DNA of 64,000 bases from Phoronis australis. Lineage: Eukaryota; Animalia; Phoronida. The notes beneath the pieces are model-generated. The model searched no databases. It saw nothing but the letters and a program-made list of their open reading frames with translations, and had not been told where the DNA came from. Each line of letters starts with the position of its first letter. The first letter of the stretch is position 1. The position numbers were made by a program, and so were the translations under genes. Shown in pieces: positions 50,801 through 62,860 of this stretch. The stretch covers positions 1 through 64,000 of the forward strand of contig NMRA01000407.1 of assembly GCA_002633005.1 (NCBI GenBank), written 5' to 3'.

Positions 50801-53800
50801 GTATCCACCAACAAACTTGCTCCATTAAACTCACTGTCAATGGGGACAATAGGTGAAAACATCAAAATAATCTGCCTGCTGTGCATCGTAAAGAACTTAC
50901 AAGCAAAAGTAGAATTTTGTATTTTGACGACTTTTATTTTTGTTTCAAAAATGCTGAAGAGTTGCGAACGGTCAATTGGCCTAAATCATGGTTACCTAAC
51001 TCTAGCTTACCGCCAACAGCAAAGAAATAATTTTGTCTGGAAAAATCTAGGTTCAGCCTTCTGGCTCCGGGGACGTACAACCCAATAATTGTAATCACTT
51101 TTATATACCTTTAACTACATATTCTTTTCTTTGATACTCCAGGTACCGACCCGGTAGTTATTGACGTCGATATGTATATCATCTTCATCAACAAGATCGA
51201 TGAAATAAGGATGGTATGTAATTGAATTTCCTTCTGTCGTGGATTCGCCAGTCTGTCATTGAAATAGATAACGCTTCGAAATGCGTAAATTATACGACCA
51301 CTGGCACTGAATGACTCGTACAGATTTTTTGTTAGGTTTGATGGATAATATTGACATTCACAGTCTAATAACTACGAATTATCTTCATCAAAGTGTCAGC
51401 ATCACATTATCTCTAACTTGACTCATTTCCGTGCCTCTCTGACCAAAAGGGCATACTTGATAAACTTAGAATGCTAATTTTACATTTACAGGAGTATGAT
51501 CTCGACATATACTTACGGCAGAGGTGGACCGACCGTAGACTTAGGTTTCCCAACGATTCTCCGCTCAAAAACAGCACGTTCCACATAGGTCCAGATCACA
51601 TAAAACATTTTTGGATCCCCGACCTGTTCGTGGCTAACGCGGTTGACGGAAAACGACATGAAATCACTGACGTCAACGCCGTCATTTGGTTGAGCAGTGA
51701 TGGCTCGGTGATATACAGTCAACGGTAGGATGGATGTTAATTAAATGCGCGAAGCAAAATTGAGTTTCGGGTAACCTCCATCAAAACAAATTAAAATATT
51801 TTCCCGAAATTGCAAAAAATACAGCACTGAATGCAAAACAGTGAGGTAGTCACATTTTGAAAATTGGAGTTGCAAAATACTTACATTTCACCTGTCCCAT
51901 TGTGGGTGAATGTATTCGACTGAAAACTTTTGTAATCATGATCTTGTGATTTGTGCGAGACATTTGGGTGCTTTTGTAAAATTTTAGGCTCACTACATAT
52001 CCGGATGATTCCGTGGCTGCGTTTTGCGTCCTATGGAGACATCAAGTTAAAAATATGCATATTGACTTCGCATGTGTGTGTCCTTGGACACAATTTTAAT
52101 TATTTTTTAAAAATAAAAATCGAGAAATAATTCCTAAGAAATGACCAGATTTGTCTCACTTTTTTCAGTTTACGTCGTGCTATACTAATGTAATGATTTG
52201 TGCACTATGATTGTATACCAAGAAAATTGACGCGCAATCCAAAGTTTTCAGAACTGCTAAAGGTGGGTCCACTAGATTCCAGTGTTTAGAAGTGTAGAGC
52301 GAAAACTGTCTCGGCTAAGTTGTTCTGCAGTAACGCAACCGTTTTATGTAATTCACCCTTCACTAGTCAAGTATGTTGCTAAGATTTGCGAACACTATTT
52401 ACGTCTTATACTGCGGTATTCCACTTTCTTGTACAGTCTGTCCCTACGGATGAAGTGCCCAATGGAGTTTGAGTATTTCCCAGTCGACAATCAAACCTGT
52501 TCATTCAGTGCGATGAGCTGTAAGTGATTTAGTTCTGTTGTTTATTTTAGTTAACTTACTGTTGGCATACATCACAGCACGAATAATTTCGATTTGTGCG
52601 TGAAAATTGGCTGAGCAGAGACGTGAAATTTAAAGAAAGTGAACGCCGAGACGTACGCTGTAGCAACTACTGAATTACATTGTCCTCAAAGTGTACGCAT
52701 GTCAAACCGATTTGTGCCCACTTGTGTTGAACTGTTACACCGTACAGATGAAACAATTTAGGCGAGAATTGCATCATTGCGCATGTGGTGTTACATTGGT
52801 CACAAATCGTATATTGAAGGCTTCGACGCGAGTGACACATTGAATTTGCGGCTGGCTCGTTACCGAGGCATTGTTTTTTACGTACACTTTGTGACTTAAC
52901 CCGGAGCGCAATCTCAATTCCTATGTGGAATGAACCAGAGACGGACTGAGGGGCAGCGAGGGGACCAGCCTTTCATCGAGCATAAATTAAAATAATTATA
53001 TTCATTGTACAGAAATCCAGACAGGCGAACAACATAAAAAGACTGTTGATTCTAGGGCATTACTAATATGTACTTACACTATTTCGTTCGCAGACGGTCA
53101 TTCCACGGATGATATAATTTTCCGTTGGTTCAATTACACCGACAGTAACAGATCTGCAGTAGAGTACAGCGGCAAAATATCACTTCCGGAATTTGATTTG
53201 GACTTGAATAAAATCGAACTTCATGACTGTACGCAGGTTTTCAGCACAGGTTTGTGATTTTTTTTAAGCCAGAAGCATATAGTCCTGGGCCTGTTTTGCA
53301 AAAGGCCGCAAATTTAGTAGTAGTTAAGACTGTCGCAGGCACTGGATTACGAATTATGCCGTTTTCTATGTAAGAAAGAAGTGTACCCAATGCACGGTTA
53401 CTGTGGTAATATCTTTCATGACTTTAAAACTGTTTTAAACAAATTGAAGAGCAACTCTGCAATTTTTGTAACTGTATATCGTGCACTTTTGCAAGATAAA
53501 AAAGATCAAAGCCCGGTGGGTTTTGGACACAAATTCAAAGGTGACGTACGTAAGGATACGACAATATGGACGATCAGTGATCTCGCCAACGATAGTGTAA
53601 TGGGATACACATACATCATATCTAACAATGATTTTTATAGAATTCCAGAAATTTGAATGCCAAATGAGCGATTCAGAACTATTGTCCTCATGTCATCGAA
53701 ACACCAAACCCCAAAAATACGACTTCATCAGCCTAGGACACAGAGCTGTCAATATTTTAAAAGTGATGATAGTTTTCACTGTAACTTGTAAACTAGTTTC

Positions 53801-56413
53801 CACTTGTAAAACAGTGGCCACATACTTCAGGGCTGCTACGTCTTGAACTACATGTCATGTGCCAGCAACGCCGCTGGCAATGACAACAAAAACTCTGACG
53901 ACGCCAGTCATGACAGTCATGCCGAAATCAATGACGAGCTGTACACCGTCCGTTCAGATGTTCTTTTAAGGATTTAAAGCAAGAGTAAATTCACATTCCA
54001 TCACAAAAAAACAACTTTTGATTCAGACAACTTACCGCAAGGAAATTGGTCTCAACCGACTACTTAGTCCAACTGGGGGCGAATTCAGGACATTGAGTGA
54101 ACTGACAACTCGTTATTGCCCGAGACCAGTATCTTCAAGTTGGCTTGTCATGGCGCGTCATGTCGAGCGCCGAGTGCGGTCCCAAGAAATAACGAACTCT
54201 CAACTTTTTTATCCCAGAAATCACTTCTCATCTGAATAAAGAACAAGTTGGGTTCAATTTCAGAGCGGTAGGTCGTCTTAATCAAACGTTGGCTACTTGG
54301 GAGGAACGTGAGCCTCACGGCCGCTTGAAATAAACACTTCATTTTCAGGTACGTTTACTTGCATAGCAGTCAATTTCTTCCTGAAAAGAAACTTAGGATT
54401 CTACATTATACACGTGTTCGTCCCTTCATTTCTCATTGTTATTCTGTCTTGGTTGTCCTTCTTCGTCGAAGTGAGAGCGGCTCCAGCCAGGGTCACCATT
54501 GGGCTCGTTACGGTACTCACCATCACTACACAGACCTCAGGAGTCAGAGCGCAGCTACCCAAGGTTGCGTATATAAAAGTGCGTTAATAATTCTTCAATT
54601 GATGAATTGACATACATGTAAATCATCTTATTGTTTTTCTGGTCTGTAGCTGCTGAAAAAAATGTAAAGTTTTGAAACAGTCTCTTAGGAAACCCTTGCT
54701 TCAAAACATACGCTTAAGAAGCCGTTCTGCGTAAAGTTTTCATTTGTTCAGCAGGTAGCAATATTTACTAAGTGTTCCTTTTTCATGTCCACTTTTCCGT
54801 ATTTTTAGACAGCTCTAAAGTTATCGTAAACTTGCCTGTTGTTTTATTTGTCTTAATTTGACTTTTTGAGGGGTTTTGCGCTTCAACGATGCGCTTTCGT
54901 GTTTTTCAGGCTATCGATGTATGGATGTCTGTGTGCTTGGTGTTCGTGGCAGCGGCGTTTTTTGAGTACACTTTGGCATCGCATTATGTTAGATTATCTA
55001 TACGGAAAGAGCGAAAGAAGGGGGCCTCTGCCAAGCAAAGTTTAGCTAATGCAAGCTGTAACTCACGTGGCAAGCAGAATTTTGGTTTTCAGGTACAAAG
55101 TATAACTCTTTAGTGAAAGACCTGGAATGTGTTACGACACGACTGGTTAATAACACCTAATACGTAATTTTTTATATTACATGGGCGAATCACAAAGTAG
55201 TGCAAAGTAGACATCCATACGCCTTACATTTTATCGTCTGCAAAACACTAAAACAAACAAACGCGCGCCAACCAAACAATGTAGTAATTTCGAGATCCGT
55301 GGTGCCAAGGTTATAATTGACAAATCGGGTGTCGCAACTGTACGTACTCCCAGTTGGAACGACATGCAAACAACTTCTTAAATGGACCCATCTTCTGCGG
55401 CGAATTCCATATACACGTTCATTCAAACGGAGATGAGCCCCAACTCAAGAAACGCGGCGAGACTGTCCAGCTGTGCTGTTTCAAAGTCAATTCAGTGCTA
55501 GTCACACGCTGGGAAGCCTTGCTGACTGTTATTTATAAGCATTTTTTAAGTTTTAATATTACAAATTCAAAGACTATTTATTATATACTAACTTGAATAT
55601 TTGCTACGAAAGCTGTATGCAATTTAGAATTGTTAAGCTTAAAATAAACCTATCAACAAAAAGTAACTGAATTGCTTTACATTGCGCAAGTGTGTTTTTA
55701 CAAAAAGTACGTCATGGGGTTGAAAGTTTAAGACAAGTCGAGTTTTTCGGCAAAAAATCGTTTTTACGATTCACGTGAGAAAACAAAACCTACACCCGTC
55801 TCAGGTTTATGACATGGGCAAAACCTCTTGGAAATTTCGTAAAAATCCCGAGACAAAGAGTGTAGGATTCTCTATGGACGTCCTTCGTAGATTTTCACTA
55901 AAAATACTGTCGTCAGTCAACTTTCTCTCACATACAATTCCTCATCAACACCAAGTACTCTTCCACAAACTCAGCCACCGAATAATGAAAGAGGAAGCAC
56001 ACAAATCGCTTCTTTTGGTTTTCAAGGTAGTCTCTTACTGGGTTTTTTGCCAAAAAAAAAGTATTCTTAGCCCTACATTTGTTGTGTGTCTCAGCCTATT
56101 GAATTTTGAGTCATATCATGTATTAAGTCTGTACATCAATATTATTTTGTTGTAAAGACAAATACAGGCCTTTTTAATTTGCACAATGTCTTCACAGGAC
56201 TCATCAGGTGACGACTCAGGCGATGTTTATTGGACAACGAGTGTCTCCACGGTAACAAGGCACAAGCCATCGTCTGCACCCAGTGATGACCAACCTGACA
56301 CCAAGCCAACAAAGTTCCACACATTTCTGAAACACGTCGATTTTTATTCCCGTTTTGCATTTCCGTTGTGTTTCTTGATATTTAACATTACGTTTTGGAT
56401 AGTTTACTTTTAA
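47749..56413 (+). CDS. Cys-loop ligand-gated chloride channel subunit (glycine receptor alpha / GluCl-like), multi-exon gene; 5' signal-peptide exon(s) unresolved
   Basis: Eight GT-AG bounded exons join in frame: 47749(or 47759)-47822, 51143-51213, 51492-51724, 52437-52519, 53094-53249, 54349-54578, 54910-55092, 56198-56413. The translation shows YDKMMRP, YLRQRW, WIPDLF, the Cys-loop CPMEFEYFPVDNQTC, the loop C disulfide CTQVFSTGTFTC, M1-M2 with the PAR anion filter, AIDVW M3, and M4 (VDFYSRFAFP...FNITFW). Confidence 0.95.
47971..48449. mobile_element. Two copies of a ~140-160 bp hAT-like MITE (47971-48133, 48309-48449); partial copy at 44985-45089
   Basis: Termini (c)agtggcggattta ... ggatccgcccctg; shared core 'gcgaatgtctgacgggcaaaatcctggctaatactct'; imperfect 5-bp TSDs (catta; gcagt/gaagt). 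Confidence 0.8.
51143..51213 (+). CDS. LGIC exon: GTDPVVIDVDMYIIFINKIDEIRM
   Basis: ttgatactccag| ... |gtatgt; 71 nt, phase 1 to 0; encodes the beta1-beta2 region. Confidence 0.92.
51492..51724 (+). CDS. LGIC exon: EYDLDIYLRQRWTDRRL...WIPDLFVAN...DGSVIYSQR
   Basis: tttacag| ... |gtagga; contains loop D, A and E motifs; matches ORF 51471-51728. Confidence 0.95.
52437..52519 (+). CDS. LGIC Cys-loop exon: LSLRMKCPMEFEYFPVDNQTCSFSAMS
   Basis: gtacag| ... |gtaagt; 83-nt exon encoding the C-x13-C signature. Confidence 0.95.
53094..53249 (+). CDS. LGIC exon: YGHSTDDIIFRW...ISLPEFDL...DCTQVFSTG
   Basis: ttcgcag| ... |gtttgt; open frame, phase 1-1; loops B, F and C. Confidence 0.93.
54349..54578 (+). 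CDS. LGIC exon: TFTC...M1, M2 (APARVTIGLVTVLTITTQ), LPKVAYIK
   Basis: ttttcag| ... |gtgcgt; PAR selectivity motif and M2-M3 loop. Confidence 0.95.
54910..55092 (+). CDS. LGIC exon: M3 (AIDVWMSVCLVFVAAAFFEY) and start of the intracellular loop
   Basis: tttttcag| ... |gtacaa; matches ORF 54889-55113. Confidence 0.93.
56198..56413 (+). CDS. LGIC terminal exon: end of the intracellular loop and M4, stop TAA
   Basis: ttcacag|GAC...; HVDFYSRFAFPLCFLIFNITFWIVYF*; matches ORF 56186-56413. Confidence 0.92.
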   Translation, partial: DSSGDDSGDVYWTTSVSTVTRHKPSSAPSDDQPDTKPTKFHTFLKHVDFYSRFAFPLCFLIFNITFWIVYF

Positions 56414-56489
56414 TGGACCAAACTGGCGACATCGCATACTTTAATGGTGTTGGCGTACTCAAGCAGAAGCCTACGCACTAAAAAATCAG

Positions 56490-57780
56490 TCAGAGGCAAA
56501 CACACTATCGCTAAACGATGTTCCTGGTGGAATCGATGAGTGTTTTTTTCAGATTCCGAGAATGCTTCGACAAAGACAACAGGCGATCCTTTTCAGCAGA
56601 GAATAGTACGTTCATGATTTGGGAATTCGTAAAGGCGACGATGAAACAATAAGTGTTCGAGGAAAAGTATTTCGAAGCAAGCGAAAATCAGCGGAGTCCC
56701 CGGAAATTGTTATTTTAAGGACATTTTTACTATTTTTCATTTATTTTGACCTATAATGGACATCGTTCTGTTTCGTAGCAGAGGTACATTTTTGTCATTC
56801 ATATACCCGTGGGCTGTAGTTCAAATGAAGTTCTCGCCCGCAAAATTGACAGATTCCATCGGCACATGTAGAGATCGGGGACACTACTGAACTCAAAGTC
56901 TCATTCGAGCTGTTGCCACGAAAAAATAAACAGTTGAATTACTCTTATTGAGAACTTCTAGTATACACTACGCCTGTAGAGTTAGGGAGAGCTCATTTTG
57001 TAGTTGTTGAAACATTACACATGTACTTGGATTTATGAAGCTTTAAAAAACAATTTTAGTTATTTTTGTAAATGGCCACTGTTTGCCACTACACCAGACT
57101 TGTAATGTTTTGTTACCATACCACAGCTTAGTGATCATGCTACGTTTTAATTAAATGAAAGCTGCCTTTATGCTATAAAATTACAAAGAAATGTGAAGTT
57201 CATCAGAAGATTGGCCTTTATGGTGCACTGAATTACGGACAATTCCATGCATTAATTTGACTTGGACACAGCCCTAGACCTATCGGAGCTAACTGCTTGC
57301 CTAGGATAAGATGATTATGTGCCTGAGCTATGAACCTGATTTTTCAATCAAAGCATTTTGCTCGAAGATTAGAAAAGTATAAACAGTGCTATCGACTTGA
57401 CCTACTCGGGGAATGTGACCTACACAGGAATTTACCAGACGGCAGATTTTGTTCGAAATATCCTGAAATCATGGCATCGTACAGATAATTCGACTTTAAG
57501 ATACATACCCAGCTTTACATGAACGTATCGCATCAGTGGCCTTGTCAATTTTCAGGTGAAGGTGGCGAACCCCGTGCGGGAATCGAATTTTCGTTGGCTC
57601 CGAAATACTTTTCCTCAAACACTTTTTTCATCGTCGCCTTTACGAATTCCCAAATCATACGAACGATTTTCAGCTGAAAAGTATCGCCTGTTGTCTTTGT
57701 CGAAGCGTTTTCGGAAAGTGCAAACACACTCATCGATTCCACCTGGAACGTCGTTTAGCGACAGTATATTTGCCTCTGAC
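56490..57780. repeat. ~200-bp inverted repeat pair (56490-56690 / 57585-57780) downstream of the channel stop codon
   Basis: 'gtcagaggcaaa...gttcc.ggtggaatcgatgagtgt...gcttcgacaaagacaacaggcgat...gatttgggaattcgtaaaggcgacgatgaaa...gaggaaaagtatttcg' is present forward and as the reverse complement. Confidence 0.88.
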
Positions 57781-58028
57781 ATCTTGTTTGTTAGTCTGGC
57801 GTCAGTGACTTTTCGTAAGGGCGCGGAGCTTGCGATAGGTCAATTACGGTCGCAAACTAACACGATTGTTTAGCGTACGACTTTCGAAGTCAAAAAAACG
57901 TACAACAAGTAAGGCAAAAGACCAAAGTGACTGTTTTTTTAATTAAAAAGTAAATATTAACCCTCTTTGAATTAAGGAATATATTTTCTTCAGCTTCACT
58001 GCTGACTTCAACGAGCATTAATTTGTTA

Positions 58029-58478
58029 ATCGACAGGTTAGTCACGGTTACAGTCTGGGTTAGGCTCGCTTAGGCCTTAGGATAAAAACACCCCAAATGT
58101 TAGCGTAGGATTTGTCTCGCGGTGAAATTCTGCGCACTTATTGGGGATCCGCACGAAATTTGCACACAACGTGTAGATCAAAAAGTCCTGGAAGCCTATT
58201 GTTTTTGGTCATGATCGGATTCAAAATGGCGGACGTAGCGGCCATTTTGTTTCCGGTTTCAGGCCGCAATTTTTGACGTACAAAGCTGAAACTTGGTGCG
58301 ATTATTATAGAACACATTTGCGTAATTTCGCCAAGTGTCGCTCATCCGAGCGCTCTCGTTTGTTTATCGACGGGTTAGTTACAGTTTGGGTTAGGCTCGC
58401 TTAGGCCTTAGGGTAAAAACACCCCAAATGTTAGCGTAGGATTTGTCTCATGGTGAAATTTTGCGCACTTATTGGGGA
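58029..58478. repeat. ~115-bp direct repeat (58029-58147 / 58366-58478) within a TE-like segment
   Basis: Near-identical 'gggttaggctcgcttaggccttagg.taaaaacaccccaaatgttagcgtaggatttgtctc..ggtgaaatt.tgcgcacttattgggga'. Confidence 0.8.
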
Positions 58479-61400
58479 CAAATAAAACCACAAGAATAAT
58501 ATATATTTTAAGTTGTATTGGGAATTTCAGGGTCACAGCTCTACAAATAAATATTTCACAGAAGGAGCCAAATGGGTTCCTTAATTACAACTTATAACAC
58601 ACACATTTCCGATACCCAAAGTGTAACTGAGTATCGGATACTAAGTGGCACAGGTTAGCATAGTACCAAATGGGTACATAATACCAAATGGGAATTGGCC
58701 GATTGCCTACCAACTGGGTCGAGCAAAACGGCAAATTCAATAACAAATACCAAGTGGGTACAAACTGCGAAATGGGCAAATATCATATAAAGTACCAAGT
58801 GGGTCACTTATTTCATGGTCTAGGTAAACGTGTGTCATTGTTGTGCTTATCGCTCAACTAATACTTTTGTTGGCCGTCAATATGAGGGCTTTGGAAGTTA
58901 AGATAGTCTCAGTTGTTTGAGGGTAACTAAAAAAATCTGAATCCCAATTGCCTGCGTGTGGAGAGTAGGTACATATCATTGAAACACGAGATCTCCCGCA
59001 ATCTGTTTTTCAGAAATTCATAGGCAAAGCGCAAAAACCAGAATTTTCACAAAAAAATGACGATTGCATGGTCTTTTATTAAAGGCATGAATTCAGCTTT
59101 TTCGGTCATCGAGGATTTCGAAAATGCATAGTTTTGTTGGTTGAAAATGGGCATTTCAGTTCTAACTGAGAGTTATTTTTTATTCAATATGTAACATTTG
59201 TTGCGTACTAGACAATCGTTCTCTTATTTTCACATGCTGATAACACAGAACGAGTTCTGTAGGTCGAACATTTCGTAAATTAAAATAGGTAAATAAAACA
59301 ATGGAAAATTTTCGGATGTAATAACGTCCTTTGTCAACAGAAACAGAAATAAAGTAAAATCAAACACTATATAGTTATTACATCTGAAAATTTCAGTTGA
59401 TCCATTCTTGTTGTTTTATTTACCTATTTATATTTTACATTTCGTGAAACTATAGTATCCTTGGGAGGATCTGGATCGCCTTATTTAGTTTCAGATTTAT
59501 TTTCTAGGTAAATTAAAAGTATTGCACGTAATTGTGTTTGTTACTGGAAATTCATAGAAGTTATGTAAAAAAGTTGCTCAACTGTGGAGGGCATTTTGTT
59601 GGTGCAATATCAGGAAGTTGTTTAAAAAATTCCACCATTTGATGATATGTTGAAAGTCAGTGGTGGATCTAGGAGCCCAACATTTTGTCGCGTAAACAAT
59701 CACGCAAAGTGCGATTATGGATGTGTGTAGCGCCGAATGAGGAATGTTTATGGTCCACGCTCGCACGCAAACCTGCTTCTTTCGGCAATGTTTATTTCAC
59801 ACTTTATATTTTGTGCAACCAGTTTGTAGCAAAAGTTGTTGTGTTTGAAACAATCTTCAGTTCAGTGCCCTAAAGACCAAATGCATTTTTCGTTTTGGCA
59901 TTAACCCCGCGCTTGTTTTGCAAATCGTCTTAATTTTAATGTATGACAAAGAGAGAATTATTAGTTTCTGAGTGATTCACTCAGGTTTCAATTAAAATTG
60001 ACATGTTACCAGCAGCTTCATCGACACTCAGCTTCCGTGTACTTTGAAAAACGAAGTAATTTTCTTTATTGCACAGTGGAGCAGACGATAGAAACGGAGT
60101 GGTAGCAAGGAGTTTACACTCCTTGGTGCTAGTACGCAGTGCCACTGTTGGTCGCGCGCCTGGGATATCACGCGCATGTCGACCGGGAGCGGCATGAATA
60201 CCCGGTAAGCCATTATAGTTACCGTTACGATTGCGTCGGTTGTCTGAATCGCCGGTACACTTGAAATCGGATCTGAGCCCCCCCCCACACATACGCACAC
60301 ACAATCTAAAACTCCACACCTTGTCAAATCTTGTTTCGGCCGTATAATGTTAATTACCGGTACCTTGCTTAATAAATAAACTTAATGTTTCCTCACACTT
60401 TTGACACCCCTCCCCTTAATCCGCCTATGAAAATGCATCATTTGGGAATACATTTCGACTAGATTGATTTGCAATCCAATTCCTTGTATGGAAGTGTTAA
60501 TTGTAACAAGCGTAAAGAATGCCTTAAGACATTTTAGCTTGATGATTTACTTTTGGCTGTCAAACGCCAAAGATTCGAAATTCCTGATTCGTGACTCTAA
60601 AATCGGGCTAAAAGGTCTTGACAGGACATCCCAAACTCCCTTTTTAGCTACGTGTACATGTTCCTGGATAAATAAACATGCAAAAATCCCGTTACAGCAA
60701 TCTCGACACGATCACGTGACTACAATCATCCAGGCGTTATTTTGGTGCACTTGGTACGTTTCAAGGAATTAAAGTTATAGGTTGTGTGATTTGAAAAATT
60801 AGGAAACATATTCAAAGTTTGTTTCTCGGTAAAATGAATATAGCTTCATACATGTAAATCCTATTATTGATTAATATATATATCAATAATAAACTTTGTC
60901 ACCTTGTATGTAATATCTTTGGTTTGCGGGCAGGAACATGTATTATTTAATGTATTTTCTTTTGTTAATGAAATTTACATTTCATTAAAAATCGTGTGCT
61001 CGTATTTTTTTAGACGCGTATGTGTAAGTCTATATCTATAGCAAGCTAGTAATGAACTATTTGTCATATTGGTATAATTAAGCCTGTATTGACGTACTCA
61101 TCAGCCTGCACACAATGTCTTTGATAAGCGGGTCGCCTCATGTATTGCTTCTTGTATTGTCTGTTGGATGAATTATATATATAAATCGTCTGACTACATT
61201 TGGTCAGGATTGTGTTCGTGGCGGATGGCTTCTGATAATTTAACAGACATAAGTTTTAACATGTGATTTCGCTCTCATTGATGATCGTCTGTGGTTATGT
61301 TTGGAATACCACATCGAAAAAAATGGCTCACTAGATATAGAACTTTCATGAGCTATGCTTTATGCCTTAGTCTTCAACCCTGTGTTAGGAATAGTTTTAC

Positions 61401-62517
61401 ATTGATCTGCTTTCAAACGAGGACTATCAAAAATGTAACTTTTACGACTTTTGTGAAAAAAATAAAACTAGCTGCATAAACATGATAAAATGAAAATGAA
61501 AATGATAACTAGGGTTTCGGGAAAAGGCGTCAACTGGCCGGAATTTTATGAACTTGGTTCATTTGAGAAGTAACGAACTTGGTTCAGTTGAGAAGTAATG
61601 AACTGTTAGTTCTGTCACAGCCCTGAAATCACTTCGAATTTGACTAAGCAACAATTTGAGACCAATTTCATGACAGAAAGGGATCTAAATCAAAATTTGT
61701 TTGCTGTCATCGTAGTCGGGTTTATACTGGTCTTGCGATTTCATCCTACCGAATGGCTGGCAGCCAACGTCGGGAAACGGCGACTGAAATCACAAAAACA
61801 CGTTTCCCATCGCAGCTTTTATGAGAGGCAACGAAAGTCTATCGATGACCTCAGGCAATATTTTGTTAACTTTTCTACCATGTGAAAAATCAAATTGGGG
61901 GCTACATCCAATTTCCAAGTGCCGTGAGTGAGGCACGAACGTTACCACGGTAATGGCAACGTGAACTTGTCGGTCGTCGTTTCGAGTGGAACGGAAGTTT
62001 CCTTTTAAGCAAAACACCTCATGAAAAATCCATTTTAATTGATGAAAAAACAACAAAATCGATCATGCTTATAAAACTCGCAGTTAGCAAAAGGCAAGGG
62101 AATTGTTCATAAAAGAGTGCACATGCGTGGAAACCGTAGGTATCAAGCTCTCAAATTTGGAATGCCAGGCCCCTAGCCAGGGGGGTTCGATCGAATCCCC
62201 CGAGGAAAAGGCCCAGCCCCAGCCTATCTGTTAAAGATATGATTTAGATGAACAACAACAGCAAACAACAACAAACAACAACAACAAAATTGATGCAGCT
62301 ACTGGAACTACATTGATAACTAAGTTAGTACTAGTAATTTTGAATTTGCTTCTAATTCAAAGCGCTTCACGTAATCATCGGGTCCTACCCGGCCCCAGGG
62401 CCCAATTTCGCTCGAGGGGTGTTTGTGCAGATGACAGGATCGTGCAGACGATTAGAAGAGGGTTTGGGCCATTCCTTGGCATTGAACGTGCATGGTTGCT
62501 ACACCATTATCGTCGAT

Positions 62518-62654
62518 ATGGGCGGCGCACCATAGGGAGCTGGGGGGGGGGGCTATAGCCCCCACTTTTTTCAGTGCTACGCCGCACATGGTCTACACAA
62601 GGGGGACTGAGCGGGCTTTAGCCCCCCACTTTTTTCGATGCTGCGCCGCCCATG
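62518..62654. mobile_element. MITE
   Basis: TIR atgggcggcgca / tgcgccgcccatg; internal agcccccactttt repeats. Confidence 0.7.
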
Positions 62655-62679
62655 TATTATGGTTGGCCAAAAGGGTGAA

Positions 62680-62860
62680 CGTTACGGCGTTAAATTACGT
62701 GCGTAAGTTAATTCTTGTTAGAGGTATAAAGTAATTATTTACGGCGTAAAGTTATTTGCGGCGTAACTAATTATTTGCCGGCGTAAGGTAATTATTTACG
62801 GCATGAAGTAATTTTTTGAAGCGTAAATAAATTAGTAATGGTGTAAAGTAATTATTTCCA
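62680..62860. repeat. Degenerate ~21-bp minisatellite (taattatttacggcgtaaag)
   Basis: About 7 imperfect tandem copies. Confidence 0.75.
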
